Of a stretch of DNA of 64,000 bases, positions 1 through 12,349 are shown piece by piece (positions within the stretch are counted from its first letter, which is position 1; the number at the start of each line of letters is the position of its first letter). Location: contig NC_045697.1 of NCBI RefSeq assembly GCF_009834535.1, positions 76,262,001 through 76,326,000 of the forward strand, read 5' to 3'. The stretch comes from Camelus ferus. Taxonomy: Eukaryota. The translations under genes were made by a program, and so were the position numbers. A model generated the notes under the pieces. The model saw nothing but the letters and a program-made list of their open reading frames with translations. It was not told the origin of the DNA and searched no databases.

Positions 1-300
1 AAACTGGATATTATTTGAAAAGTGATTGATAAAATAAGTGAACAAAGGCACATCCATTCAATGGAATAGAATACAGCTGCAAAAGAAAGAATAAGGAAAC
101 TCTTTGTGTACCAACATGTAAATAGCACCAACACGTATGGTTAAATTTTTCTAAAAGGAAAAAATAACACATTTGTGTTTGCTTACATGTGCATAAAATA
201 TCCCTGAAGAACTCATAATAAAGCAATAATAGTCACCATCTAGGTGCAAGAGCAACAGGTGACTGGGGACAGGAAAGGAGGGTGGCTTCTCCCTCTCTCT
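1..300 (+). mobile_element. Old L1 (L1MC/L1ME-like) 3' region fragment
   Basis: 'catccattcaatggaatagaatacagctgcaaaagaaagaataagg' resembles the L1 ORF2-end/3'UTR consensus; highly diverged. Confidence 0.5.
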
Positions 301-652
301 CTTTTTTTTGGGGGGGGGGCTTTTGAAAATTAAATAGTTAATGTTTAAAAGTTGGTGATAGATTTCCTGTGACTTTCCTTACTTGATTACCTGGAGAAAC
401 GTTTTCCCTTTGGGTTCATCCCCATCTACCCGCCCAGCACCTCACAGGTCCCTTCTGCTTGGCAGCTGGAAATCCACTCCTGCCTGATGGGCCCATGTTT
501 AGGGTTTGTCTGGTATTAGCCTGTGAAACACAGTGAGGATGGTGTGTCTTCCAGCGACCTTGGGATTGTTTTTGCATTGTCTGTAAATGACTAAATGTAA
601 ATAATTTGGAAGGAAAAAACTTTATTTCTCTTAGGAAACAGAGGCTACTTTA

Positions 653-923
653 TTTTTTTTAACATTTTTTGTTGATTTATAATCATTTTACAATGTTGTG
701 TCAAATTCCAGTGTTCAGCACAATTTTTCAGTTTTACATGAACATATATATATTCATTGTCACATTTTTTTCTCTGTGAGCTACCATAAGATCTTGTGTA
801 TATTTCCCTGTGCTATACAGTATAATCTTGTTTATCTATTCTACAATTCTGAAATCCCATCTATCCCTTCCCACCCTCCGCCCCCTTGGCAACCACAAGT
901 TTGTATTCTATGTCTATGAGTCT
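653..923 (-). mobile_element. Young 5'-truncated camelid-type L1 (3'UTR plus poly-A)
   Basis: Antisense L1 3'UTR preceded by a T-tract; perfect 16-bp TSD aacagaggctacttta at 637-652 and 924-939. Confidence 0.9.
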
Positions 924-949
924 AACAGAGGCTACTTTAATCATAATGG

Positions 950-1165
950 CATCACATTTATATAGCACTTTATAGTTTATAAAATCCTTTCACAGGCATT
1001 AGGCCATTTATACCTCACAACAGCTCTGAGAGGTAGCTATTATGGTCCCCATTTAATAGATGAGGAAACTGAGGCTCAAAGAGTTCCAGTAACTTGTCCA
1101 AGGTCAGAAAGCTATTAAATGTGAGAGCCAGGACTGCTACCCAAGTATTCTGACTCAAGTCTTCT
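950..1165 (-). mobile_element. MIR SINE
   Basis: Antisense MIR core 'ccccatttaatagatgaggaaactgaggctcaaagag...aacttgtccaaggtca'. Confidence 0.85.
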
Positions 1166-1499
1166 GAATTCCACCCCCCTGCCTTTTTATAGTTGTAGAA
1201 AGAGAAAAATTAATATGCTTTTTTAAAAAAGAAAAAGACAGAAATATCCATAATCCCATGACTCCAACAAAACATTATTAAATTTACATACTATCTTCCA
1301 GGGTTTGTCCATGTGCCTACAACTATTATCTAGTTACAATCATAATATATGTGCAATTATGTATTCTATTTCTTCCCCCCACTTGGCGCTGCTATCCTGA
1401 AGCATTTTCCGAGTTGCAACATAATTTTCATGATTAGCAAATTAATAGCTTCGTATTTCTTCAAGACCTGTTCAAATGCAACCTGCTACTGCTTAACAT

Positions 1500-1700
1500 G
1501 GATTCATTTGATTCATCCATTCACTCATTCATTCAATCAATAATTACTAAACCCCTGCTACGTGCCAGATCCCATGCCAAAGGCTCGGGACGTGTCAGTG
1601 ATGGGCACACACCGGAGGGACACTGCGGTGCCTGAAGGTGAGGAAGCAGCAGGGCGGGAAGTAAGGCAAAGCTTCCTAGAGGAAGTACATGCTGAGACAG
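1500..1700 (-). mobile_element. L2 3' fragment
   Basis: (cattc)n tail followed by 'aataattactaaacccctgctacgtgccag', matching the antisense L2 3' end. Confidence 0.6.
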
Positions 1701-1719
1701 ATAATCGTTGAAATTTTTA

Positions 1720-3110
1720 ATAAAAAAGAATAACACTGCTGTAAACACCTTTGTGCTTATAATTTTTCTATTTTAAAAAGGTTTTTTTTCCTACACGAGG
1801 GAATTCCACTTTTGTGGCATAAGTACTTGTATTCCTCTGACGTGATACCAAAAATATATGAGTGTATGATTTCATTATGACCTCATCAACACTAAGTATT
1901 TTTATTGAAAAGCAGTGTTTGTTAATTTTACAGTTGGAAAATGGTGCCCCAATTGTTGCCTTGATTTGTATTTCTTTGATTAATAGTGATGTTAATATTT
2001 TTTCCCATAGTCTTGTTTATTAATTGTATTTCTTTTTGTAAGAATTGGCTGCATTTTGTCCTTTGCCTAATTATTTATTATCATCTTACTATTTTCTTGT
2101 CTGTATGGGAGAGCTCTTTATGTAATTTTATTTCAGTGTATTTTAACATTATTCAAAAATTGATTTGAACAGGTTTTTTGTATTGTCAAGATAATATAAA
2201 AATGACCATTTGCTATTTTTACTGAAATTATTTTTCTTAGTCTATTTGCTTTTATTTTAATATTTATAGTTTATCTTTTTAAAGGAAAGCTGTTTTTGCA
2301 TAGGGAAACTTCATCTATTTTCAAACTTATTAAGTTATTATTCCTGTTGATATTTGATTCTTAGATCTTCTTTTGTACTAGTTTCTGTTTTTATTTTTTC
2401 TTTAATTCTTAACAGCATCTGGAATTCATTTGGGTTTTGTGTGAGGTATAGACTTAAGTTTATTTCTCTCCCCAAATTTCTAAAGAGACAGTACAACACC
2501 ATTTATAAAAATATTTTCAATTTCCATATCATGTATTACGTTCTTATACATAACAGACTTCCTGTATAGATCCATTAGTGTGTATGTCTAGTTTTGTGTT
2601 AGAGCTAACACACTGTTCACATTTTTGCTTTCTACTATATTTTACTACTACTGTTTTTACAGATGAATTATGTTTTAATTTTGCAGAATACTAGTAAAAA
2701 TCTCATTGGGCTTTTGATTGGGATTGCATTAAATATATATATATATATTGTGTGTGTGTGAAGAATCAGGCATCCTTTATAGATCTAATTTTTCTACTTA
2801 GAATAAGAACTATTTCTCCTTCTACCAAATCAATTAAATTATTTCTCAAAATATAAGTAGCACATATCACTTGCTAAATCTTTTTTATTTTTGGTAAATA
2901 TTTGAGAAGGAATTAATTAAGCATTGTAATTGATATACAGAAATATTATCATTTTTTGCTTGTTTATCATGCACAGTAGAGATAAAAGATTATCTTTGAA
3001 TGTAAATAGCTTTTTACTGAATTTCTTTGGCTTTTCTAAGTATATAGTCATATACCCTTTGCATGTAACTATATTTTAATCTCTTTCTGATCATAATGTC
3101 TGATTAAATA
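1720..3110 (-). mobile_element. Old L1 (L1ME-like) ORF2 fragment
   Basis: T-rich antisense L1 motifs 'ttgatttgtatttctttgattaatagtgatgtt', 'cttttgattgggattgcattaaat'. Confidence 0.65.
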
Positions 3111-3919
3111 ATTCTTCAGGTCACACATCTAAAGTGGTGAAGCTGGGACCCGCAGTAGTAGGGTCTTTTGGAGAGGAGAGCCCACATTCCCACTTCCTGT
3201 TCTGGTTCAGAGATGCTTCCTGGGAGGCAGGCCCCCAGGCAGGTCAGGGGTTCAGAGCCGTGCTATGCAGTAACCCACTGAGTTACGCTGGGCAAGGTGC
3301 TTACTTCTCAGACCTTCCTGGGATCAAACTTAGTTGATTTCTAAGAATTTGACCAGTTCTAAAATACTTTGAAATGGAATTACATTGAGAAAGTTATCTG
3401 GCAGGCATCAATTTGGGGCAGTTTTTAGATAAGAGAAATTGAGTGAGAATTGCCAGAGGAAGGAAGCATGTGAGGTTGAGAAGAGCGACGGTTATCGCTG
3501 AGTACAAAGAATCGCAATCTGTGTGCGTGCCCGGTGTTCCTTTTGTTACACTGCGTGCCAGGGCAAAACGCTCACTGCTGGTTTTGAGGTTCCTTGACAT
3601 GAACCTTCTTAAAGAACATTCTTGTCTATATGGCTTCGTTTGAAAAGGACACAAAGGCTGTGGTCATTGTGGTGGTGCTTTGTTCTATTGTAGTTTATTT
3701 CAGTGTTCACTGACCTACTGCTGGAGCTCTGAGTAATGAGCCCAGCCAGAGATAATGATGATAAAAAGGCAGAGAAGAGGGAACAAGCTAATGAGAGAAG
3801 AGGAAGAGATTTAAAAAACAGTAATTTATCAACATAGAAGTATTGGTATATAACACTGAAGTTAAGACATACATTGTGGAGCCAGGTTGCCTAAATTCTT
3901 TTTTCCCCATTTGTCTCGT

Positions 3920-3920
3920 T

Positions 3921-3983
<63 letters not shown>

Positions 3984-3984
3984 T
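3920..3984. repeat. (TTTA)n microsatellite derived from the L1 poly-A tail
   Basis: About 16 perfect TTTA units adjoining the L1 3' end. Confidence 0.95.
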
Positions 3985-4428
3985 ATTGAAGTATAGTTGA
4001 TTTACAATGTTGTGTTAGTTTCAGATACACAGCAAAATGATTCCATTATGCATATATACATTCTTTTTCAGATTCTTTTCCATTATAGGTTATTACATGA
4101 TATTGAATATAGTTCCCTGTGCTATACCTTGTAGATACATCTATTTTATACATAGCAGTGTATTTCTGTTAATTCCAAACTCCTAATTTATCCCTCCTCA
4201 CCTTTCCCCTTTGGTAACCAATGTTTGTTTTCTAGATCTGTGAGTTTATTTCTGTTTTGTAAATAAGTTCATTTGTAACATTTTTTTAAGATTCCACATA
4301 TAAGTGGTATCATATAATATTTATCTTTCTCTCTCTGACTTACTTCACTTAGTATGATAATCTCTGTGTCCATCCATGTTGCTATAAATGGCATTATCTC
4401 ATTCTTTTTTATGGCTGAGTAGTATTCT

Positions 4429-4432
<4 letters not shown>

Positions 4433-4472
<40 letters not shown>

Positions 4473-4535
4473 CACACACACACATATATATATACACCAT
4501 ATATATATATACACTCTCTCTCTATACACACACAC
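4433..4535. repeat. Compound (TG)n/(CA)n/(TA)n microsatellite inside L1
   Basis: About 18 TG units followed by CA, TA and CT runs. Confidence 0.95.
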
Positions 4536-5614
4536 CCCACATCTTCTTTATCCATTCATCTGTCAGTGAACATTTAGGTTGCTTCCATGTCGTGACTTGT
4601 AAATAGCGCTGCTATGAACATTGGGGTGCATATATCTTTTCAAATTAGAGTTTTCATCTTTTCCAGATATATGCCCAGGAACCTCCATACTGTTCTCCAT
4701 AGTGGCTGCACCAACTTCCATTCCTACTAGCCGTGTAAGAGGGTTCCCTTTTCCCCACACTCTCCCAGCATTGTTATTTGTAGACTTTTTAATGGTGGCC
4801 ATTCTGACTGGTGTGAGGTGATACTTCATTGTAGTTTTGATTTTCATTTCTCTAATAATTAGTAATGTTGAGCATCTTTTCATGTGCCTGTTGACTATCA
4901 GATTGCCTAAATTCTTATTCTGGCTTTGCCACTTATCAGGTATGTGATCTCTGTTCCTCAGTTTCCCTGACTTTAAAATGGGAGATGTTAATATGACTTG
5001 CTTCATAGGATTGTTGTGAAGAGTAAATAAGTTAATAATGAAGAGAGCTTAGAAACTGTCCCTGGCATATAGTAAACTGTCAAATTTCACTACTGTAATT
5101 TTTTCTAAAAAACATTAAAAATATACAACAGATTAGCCACCTTTTTAAAAATGTTCCTGATGATTATCCTTCCCAACCTTATCAAATTATGTCTTTCTGA
5201 GGTGGCTGTTTGGGTGCCCTGCTCATGTAGAAGTTAAGTTAAGCATTTTACTGTTAGAATTCAAAGAACCGCATGCCCTGGGTTCTTTTGATATTTATGA
5301 GGCTTAATTTCAGTTTATGTTCCAACTTGCACATTACATTCTTTAGCTGATTTATTGCTGCTTGTAGTAGTACTATTTATAACATCCTCAGTTCTCTAAA
5401 GTTTTACATACCTCAGTTCATTCCAGCTCACAGGTAGGTGGGTGGTTAATAGCAGAATCTCTCATTTCTCAAGCAAAAAAACGCTAAAGGCATAATGATG
5501 AAGTGATGCCCAACAAATTGGTGGCAGGGTGGGTAATATGATGATGGGCTTGACTTACTACTTGGGCCCTTGTTCTCAGGCACCCTCAGAAACTAGCTCA
5601 TTTCATTAATGAAG

Positions 5615-5780
5615 GTGCGTGAGGAACGCACAGGCTCTGGGGTCAAACAATTTTGGGTTCAGTTTCGACTCTCCCATTCACAAACCATGGGGGTCTTAGG
5701 AAAGGTTCTTGACTGTCCTCAGCTTAGGTGTTTTCCTCTGTGAATTGAGGTTGATCATTTTGTCTTCCCTATAGGTGTTT
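5615..5780 (+). mobile_element. MIR SINE
   Basis: 'ggctctggggtcaaac...tgggttcagtttcgactctcccattcac...ttttcctctgtgaa'. Confidence 0.6.
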
Positions 5781-6091
5781 TCGGGGAAGGTAGAGGGGTT
5801 GGGGGATGGTGAGTCAACTCACACAGGAAATGAGCAGTAATTGTGGTCACTTGTATTCTTGGAATTCACCTCTTTCAGGATGCATATCTTGAGCTGATAC
5901 CATTTTAAACAAGGTCTTTTGCTTGAATATTTGAGTCTAAACTTTTGTAAAGGGAACCATTAGTTTAGAACTTGGCTTCATTTTCAATTCCGTTCTTCAG
6001 GAGTATGTAGGGTTGCATGAACCTGGTCCTGTGCTAGGGGAGGAGGAAAAGGGGGACTGTGGAGGTATCCATGGCAAAGAATATGGTAGTT

Positions 6092-6279
6092 GGAGTTTCC
6101 CAAACGTTAGCACGTGAGAATCACCTGGAGTGTTTGTTTAAAAACACAGGTTCCTGGGCCCCGCCCCAGAGTTTCTGATCTGGTACATCCAGAGTGGGGC
6201 CTGAGAATTCGCATCACTAACAAATGCTTGGGGGAGGCTGATGCTGCTGGTCTGGACCCCACACTCTGAGAATCACTGG
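6092..6279 (+). mobile_element. MER5A (hAT-Charlie non-autonomous DNA transposon)
   Basis: 'gaatcacctggag...gggccccgccccagagtttctgat...ggggcctgagaattcgcat...gctgatgctgctggtc...cacactctgagaatcactg' matches MER5A. Confidence 0.85.
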
Positions 6280-6369
6280 CTGTGTAACGGGCAGCCACGA
6301 AATCTCAGGGGCTTGAGACAGCAGAGGGTTACTTCTTACTACATACCCATCATGAACCAGAGGTTTTTG

Positions 6370-6520
6370 ATAAACTATTACCTTTCTGTATGTTCAGTCT
6401 CCCCAAGAAGATGATAATCTCCTAAAGGGTGTGGGTCACCTTTTTAATTTGTGTCCTTCGCAGCATCCAATTCAGAGCTCAGCACATATTCAATACCCTA
6501 TAAAGACTTGTTGAGCTTTA
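6370..6520 (+). mobile_element. L2 3' fragment
   Basis: 'gtctccccaagaagatgataatctcctaaaggg...cagagctcagcacata...ttgttga'. Confidence 0.5.
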
Positions 6521-7020
6521 TTGAGAAAGGAGGATCAACAGATTTCTCACCTTTCATTTCCTGCTACTTTTTAAATTTCTCCTTCCAGACGGATGTCTAA
6601 GGTCCTGTGGGCATTCAGCTGAGGTCTCCAAATGGGACTGATCCATTCTTATTATAAATGAAAATATAGCAATTAATACATATATAATGTGTGCATATTT
6701 AGACATACTTCATAGTTTTCAAACAAAAAAAATTCAGCCTTAAAGGGAGGTGAGAATTAGAGCAAATAGTCTAGTTATGAGAGCTATCAGAGTTACTGTT
6801 ATCAGATAGTAACTTTGACTCTGAGCTTCCTGGCAATAATAAGAAATGTGATGGATTACATAATTCTCTCCCACTTACCACTCATCCACTTACTTGATCT
6901 GCTACATCTTAGTCTGTCTCCTTTGCTTTCCACTTCCCTTTCTCTGCATGCTAGTCACCAACTTCTGCTTATGGTTTTCCTCAATTTCTTTCTCTAGCTT
7001 TAATAAGTTACTACTTCTAA

Positions 7021-7429
7021 AAAATTTTATTTTGTATTGAAGTGTAGCTGATTTACAATGTTAGTTTCAGATATACAGCAAAATGATTCAGTTATACATG
7101 TACATACATATATATGTACATACATTTTCAGATTCTTTTCCATTATAACTTATTACAATAAATTTAATATAGTTCCTTGTGCTATGCAGTAGGTGCTTGT
7201 TGTTTATCTATTTTATCTATGATAGTGTGTATCTGTTAATACCAAACTCCTAATTTATCCCTCCTCCACTTTCCCCTTTGGTAACCACAGTTTGTTTTCT
7301 GTGTCTGTGAGTCTGTTTCTGGTTTGTAAATAAAACTTGTATCTTTTTTTAGATTCCACATATAAGTGATGTATATTTGTCTTTCTCTATATGCCTTACT
7401 TCACTTAATATGACAACCTCTAGGTCCAG
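7021..7429 (-). mobile_element. 5'-truncated artiodactyl-type L1 3' end
   Basis: Near-colinear with the L1 3'UTR at 3985-4380; TSD taagttactact (7004-7015) / taagttagtact (7430-7441). Confidence 0.9.
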
Positions 7430-8459
7430 TAAGTTAGTACTCTTTTTCTTTTTATTCTTTCTATACTGCGGGCACTCCTCTAACTTTAATTGGATTCTGA
7501 ATGAGATATGTGTTCTCTCTGGCTTTGACCCCAAATGACCTCTACTAAACCACCCCTCAGAGAAGGGAGGACAGTCTCTGTCTTCTGTAGAGATGGATCT
7601 CAGGCATGCAGGCAGTGCTCAGTGTCAGAAAGGTCATTTGATAGGTAGCAAGACCTGTGGAACGGACAGACCTCTAGTTCCTGCAGGAGAGAAAAACCAG
7701 AATGAAGCAAATGACAGATCCTTAAAGGAATAAAGCTCGTGGCAAATAGGTTTCCTCTTGAGTGCAGTGGCTTCCTAGAGAAAAATCCTGAAGCCACTTC
7801 CAAGCTTGGCAGGAAAGGATGCTGTGATGAATCAGTGATGTCTGCTGACAGGGAGGTGGGGATGGAATGGCAGTGTGTGAGCCAGCTGTTTCCTAGTCCT
7901 GCACTTTGCAGTGAGCCGATTATCCAGAGTATATCTTAGGCCCAATAAGGGAAAAGCAAGAGTCAGTCAGAATTGGGTTATACGTGAGGATTTGGTTTCA
8001 AAAACAAGAAAAAATCCTAGTTTCTAGGACCAGGTTAAAAAAGGAATAGACATGCATATTGTCTTAAGCCGTCTGAATACTGAGTTGAGACTAATTATAT
8101 CCTGATTGTCTGGGGCTCTGGAGTGGGGCTGAGGCTATAGCTTGTAGTGTCCTAGCTCAAGCTCTGTGAAGGAAAGAGGTACCGTGGGGGAATTAGGCGA
8201 TGTTGTTAGTGATCCTGTTGGCTAGTAGACACTTCGTAGTTTGCCACCCAGTGCCAGTTAAGGGTATTTTGGCTGCAAAAGAATGTCCCCTAAAGCCACT
8301 CTTAGGGTCCCCTCCAGCTGTACTGTGACCATGCAGAAGTTGTCCCACTCCTCTAATCATCAACGTCCCATGACTAGAAAAAGAACAGCTTTAAAACAGA
8401 AAAAGACAGAATCATTTGTTAATCTAATTCCTGGATGATTTTGATTCTTTTAGTGATTT

Positions 8460-8620
8460 ACTAGTCAAGAGACCTAGGTTTTAGTTCTGGTTCTGCTGCT
8501 AACTAACTGGTCTTGGGCAAATCACTTAACTTTTCAGGGCCTTCGTTTTTTCATCTTTAAAATGAAAAACTTAGCTTGATCTCTCCCACCAGTTCATATC
8601 CATAAAATTTAATGAGCTTT
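8460..8620 (+). mobile_element. MIR SINE
   Basis: 'gagacctaggttttagttctggttctgctgctaac...cttgggcaaatcacttaac...catctttaaaatg'. Confidence 0.75.
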
Positions 8621-8799
8621 GATTTAGCCTCTGCAAAGTGCCCAGTAAGTTTCATCCTTTCTATCCACGTTTACTGAGCACCTTTCCTTGACTAGATACT
8701 AGGCTGGGCACTAGTAGTAGAGTCACACCCCCTGTCCTTTCCCAAGGAGCCAGCACTTTGATGGGAGATAAATGTGTAACCACATCGAGAGGGACACAG

Positions 8800-9000
8800 T
8801 TTAACAGCCAAGAGTATAGATCCCAGCTCAGACATTTCCTGTATTTATGACACTGGACACGTTTCTTAACCTGTCTGGGCCTCAGAGCTCTCATCTTCAA
8901 ATGGTATCCATCTTATATGGGTCTGAGAACTAAACGAGTTAATAAATAAACAGAAATCATTAGAACAGTTTCTGGGCAGTATAGACAAGTGAGTTCTTAG
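8800..9000 (+). mobile_element. MIR SINE
   Basis: 'atcccagctcagacatttcct...ttcttaacctgtctgggcctcagagctctcatcttcaaatgg'. Confidence 0.65.
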
Positions 9001-9479
9001 AGGGTGCTATCTGAGGGGGGTTCTCAGCTCTCATTTAAATCAGAGTAGCTCTCTTGAAAGGCTTTATAAATTAGGAATCTTTGTAATATTTCATTTGAAG
9101 AAAGGGTTAATAAGAGAATATTTTCTTAATTAAGATTATGTCTAATCCCAGACAGACTGGATCATATCTGGCTACAGTCTGTACCTATTAAAGAACCACT
9201 GTTAACTATAGAACTGTCCTGAAAGACAGAGGTAGATAATCATCATCTTGTTTGAGAATCACCCTGCTGAGCAGAGCATTGGAAAGCATTGTGCCCACTC
9301 CTTATTTATAAAAGGAAGGGACGGGGTGAAGTGACTCACCCAAGATCACAAAGCTTGTTAGGGGAAGACCCTGCTCTGCCCACTCATTTTGGTTCTTTCT
9401 AAACTGCAGTGTCCCGGGGGGAGGTACACTGAGGGAATACTTCGGGTCTGGTATGACATATCGACTTGACTTTTGATTT

Positions 9480-9620
9480 TTTATTGGTAAATATTTCTGA
9501 ATGTTGTTTCTAAAAGATAAGGACTTATTTTTTAATAATCAGAATACCATTATCACACCTAAAAGAACAGTTCACAATAATCCCTTAATGTCATAAAATA
9601 GTCAGTGTTCAAATTTTAGA
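9480..9620 (-). mobile_element. L1MC-like 3'UTR fragment
   Basis: 'aataccattatcacacctaaaa...aataatcccttaatgtcata...cagtgttcaaattt'. Confidence 0.55.
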
Positions 9621-10496
9621 TGTTGATGCAGAGTTTAAAGTCAAGCTGAGCAAGTTTGTGTAACCTTTGAAATACGACCTTTCTGGGCCACAAGTTCCTC
9701 ATCCGTGGTCTAGGGACGATTGCAGGCAGTATCATCAGGGTTGGTGTGAGTATCATGTTTGTAAAGTCCGAATGCAGCCCGTGCTCAACATTTAATGAAC
9801 CACTGTTGAGACGGTGGGAGAACGAGTGGCTGGCACATGGTAGATACTTGATATATCTTAGCTGTTATTATGAAACAATTATAATACGGTATAATAAGTG
9901 TTGGGCCCACACAGAGGAGATGGTGCCGGGAGGGTCAGGGAAGAAAACACCTCCTAGAAGCGATGACAGATGGACAAGGCCAATAGGATGGGGAAGGGGT
10001 GCTCCAGATGGAGGCAGAAGTGAACTGAGGGGTGGACAAGCCACCAGCTCCAGGTGCCTTTCTGCAAAGGGTGCAAAAACACCCCTGGAAGAAAACTAGA
10101 AAGATGGTGCCATTTAACTGCAGTTCCCCCGTGTCACTCTTTGTGGAATTTTGTGAAGTGTAAAAATGTTTGACTCCTGTTCTGGACATATACCAAAGCT
10201 CTAGTTTTCAATTTGAACATATGACAAGAAAAAATATTATGCACACTCTCCACTGCTTTTAAGGAGGGTGGGTGTCGGTAATCAGAGAATCTTTCACTTG
10301 CTAATCACTAACAAGTTCCTCAGTCTCAGAATAAAGTATGCAGGTTTAGATAGAGAGTCTGGGACAAAGTTAAATTGCTTCTCATAGTAAGGAGGTATGG
10401 GAGGTCTACGAAGGGGAAGATGGAGGAAGAAAGCCTGTGTCCTGGAGGAGAAAGAGAGAGGAGACCCCATCCCCGAGGATGTGAGAACAGGGAGAA

Positions 10497-10650
10497 GCTC
10501 TTTAACTTATTTCTGCCTTAGACTCTTTGGGAGTCTAATGAAGCCAGTGACCCCTTCTCAGAATTTTTAGAGACATAAAATACATAGGATTAAAAAAAGA
10601 AAGCAATTATAATAGTGCTCAAAATATTTTTTAAAACCACAAATTTGTTT
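10497..10650 (+). mobile_element. hAT-Charlie family DNA transposon fragment
   Basis: 'ctctttgggagtctaatgaagccagtgaccccttctcagaat...ataaaatacataggatt' resembles Charlie4-type ends. Confidence 0.55.
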
Positions 10651-10654
10651 ACCT

Positions 10655-10979
10655 GAGGGAGGGACAGGTAGAGCACAGGGGATTGGGGGCAATGAAACTA
10701 CACTGTATGATATTGTAATGGTAGACGCATGTCATTATACATTTGTCAAATCCACAGAGTGTATAACACCAAGAGTGAATCCTAATGGAAACTATGGGCG
10801 TTGGATGGTCATGATGTGTCACTGTAGGTTCATCAATTCTGAAAAATGTACCACCTGGTGGGAGATGTTGATGGTGGGGGAGGCTGTATGTGTATATGTG
10901 GGGACAGGGTATATGAAAACTCTGTAATTTCTGTTCAGCTTTACTATGAACCTAAAAATGCTCTAAAAATAGCCTGTAT
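10655..10979 (+). mobile_element. L1MC 3'UTR fragment
   Basis: 'tgtcattatacatttgtcaaatccacagagtgtataacaccaagagtgaatcctaatg...gaacctaaaaatgctctaaaaat'. Confidence 0.85.
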
Positions 10980-10984
10980 GTATT

Positions 10985-11072
10985 TTTTAATTTTTTTAAT
11001 GGAGGTACTGGGGATTGAACAGGACCTCGTGTATGCTAAGCATGTGTTCTATCACTGAGCTATACCCTCCCT
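10985..11072 (-). mobile_element. tRNA-Ala-derived camelid SINE (vic-1 type)
   Basis: Reverse complement GGGAGGGTATAGCTCAGTGATAGAACACATGCTTAGCATACACGAGGTCCTGTTCAATCCCCAGTACCTCCA plus A-tail; TSD aaaatagYctgtat at 10966-10979 and 11075-11088. Confidence 0.88.
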
Positions 11073-11734
11073 TCAAAATAGTCTGTATATTTTTTAAACT
11101 ACATATGTGATATGGTGATATATATTCCCCACATCTCTGATAATCAGGAAAAGAGAGGTGCCCCTGCAGCAGCTGAAGCCGCGCCGTGAGAAGTTGTGGT
11201 GACTGAGGAGGAGGGAGTGCCACCTGGAGAACCTTCAAGCCTACTAGTTGGTCTTTCATGTTGGTTGCTGGAAAGATACTCTCCTTCACTGGTTACTAAT
11301 AACAATTTGTAGTGTGTTTATGGTACTTTTGAACTTCAAAGGACTAGGCCAGTCTTATTAACTAATGATGTCTCAGTTCTGCCATTGCGTTGATTAGGGC
11401 AGGACTGCTTTCTTATAAATGTCTCTGATGAGTGTTTCTCCACTATTCCTGAGACCTTACTGAGGTGAATAAAAGGGAGATGTGCCCAAGGACTATAAAC
11501 CATTGTTTTCCCAGAGGTTGTCTGCTATTCAAATAGAAAGACTACTCTTTAGGCTACTTATGTAACTGAATAGATGAATGAATCCATTTCTTCCTCACTG
11601 AGACCAGAATCTCTCTCAAGACAATATTCTTGGTAGCCATTACTAAACAAAAAAAGTAGGTTCTCCAGATGAAATATATTTGCCTGGACTATGCTTTTGA
11701 TATAATATTGCTGTTACTTAACCTTTCATTGACC

Positions 11735-12185
11735 TCCATCCTACTGGATAAAGCCTAGACGTCTCATTAAAACATTCAAGGCTTCCCCTGAACTCATCCC
11801 AGCCCATCTCTCCACCGCCATGTTCTTCCTCAAAGCCAGCCTCTATACTCCACCTCCTCCCAAACACAGACTGATCTCTCACATACTGTTTGTTTTGCTC
11901 AGGTCAGTCCTTTTGCCTGGAAAGCTCTTGCCCTTGTTTTGTGTCATTCCTTGTACTCCAGACACGTATTTCTCACCGGTCAACCCTTCTTGAAGCCTTC
12001 CTAGTGGCATCACTCCCTTGTCTCACTTTGCCTTTGAGCTGTAGTTACTTATGTACCTTTGTGTTCTCAGGTAGATTGTGAGCCCCCGAAGAGCAGAGAC
12101 CACATTTTCTAGTCCACTCTAGCACTAGTTCCATGCCATGCATGTAGAAGGCATTCAAAAAATGCCCAATGTGAATGAATGGATT
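11735..12185 (+). mobile_element. L2 3' region
   Basis: 'ccttttgcctggaaagctctt...tagattgtgagcccc...gcagagaccac...tgtagaaggcattcaaaaaatg...tgaatgaatgg'. Confidence 0.75.
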
Positions 12186-12349
12186 GTCCCCCATTATTCA
12201 TCTTTGAATTTCTCAATGAACTGTGCTTATGACTCACAAAGACTAAGGGAGATCACTTCTGTGTGACTGAGCAATTTGTTACTCTATACATGTAAGTTCC
12301 TCCACAAGCTATCTATCCCTCACTCCCAGTTGCAACTTTCCCCAAACCC

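Larger units (their letters stand above)
3901..4898 (-). mobile_element. 5'-truncated artiodactyl-type L1 (ORF2 C-terminus plus 3'UTR)
   Basis: ORF track gives L1 ORF2 peptides (NRHMKRCSTLLIIREMKIKTTMKYHLTPVRMA; IEYYSAIKKNEIMPFIATWMD); TSD cagRttgcctaaattctt at 3883-3900 and 4899-4916. Confidence 0.92.
3855..5085 (+). mobile_element. MIR split by an L1 insertion (pieces ~3855-3900 and ~4899-5085)
   Basis: MIR head 'tggagccaggttgcct' resumes after the L1 as 'tggctttgccacttatc...cctcagtttccctgactttaaaatggg...cctggcatatagtaa'. Confidence 0.75.

Noticed and set aside
4563..5006. 147-aa minus-strand ORF
   Set aside because: Chimera of MIR sequence and frameshifted L1 ORF2 C-terminus; not a gene.
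10998..11072. Possible tRNA-Ala gene
   Set aside because: A-tail, TSD and damaged T-arm/B-box indicate a SINE copy.
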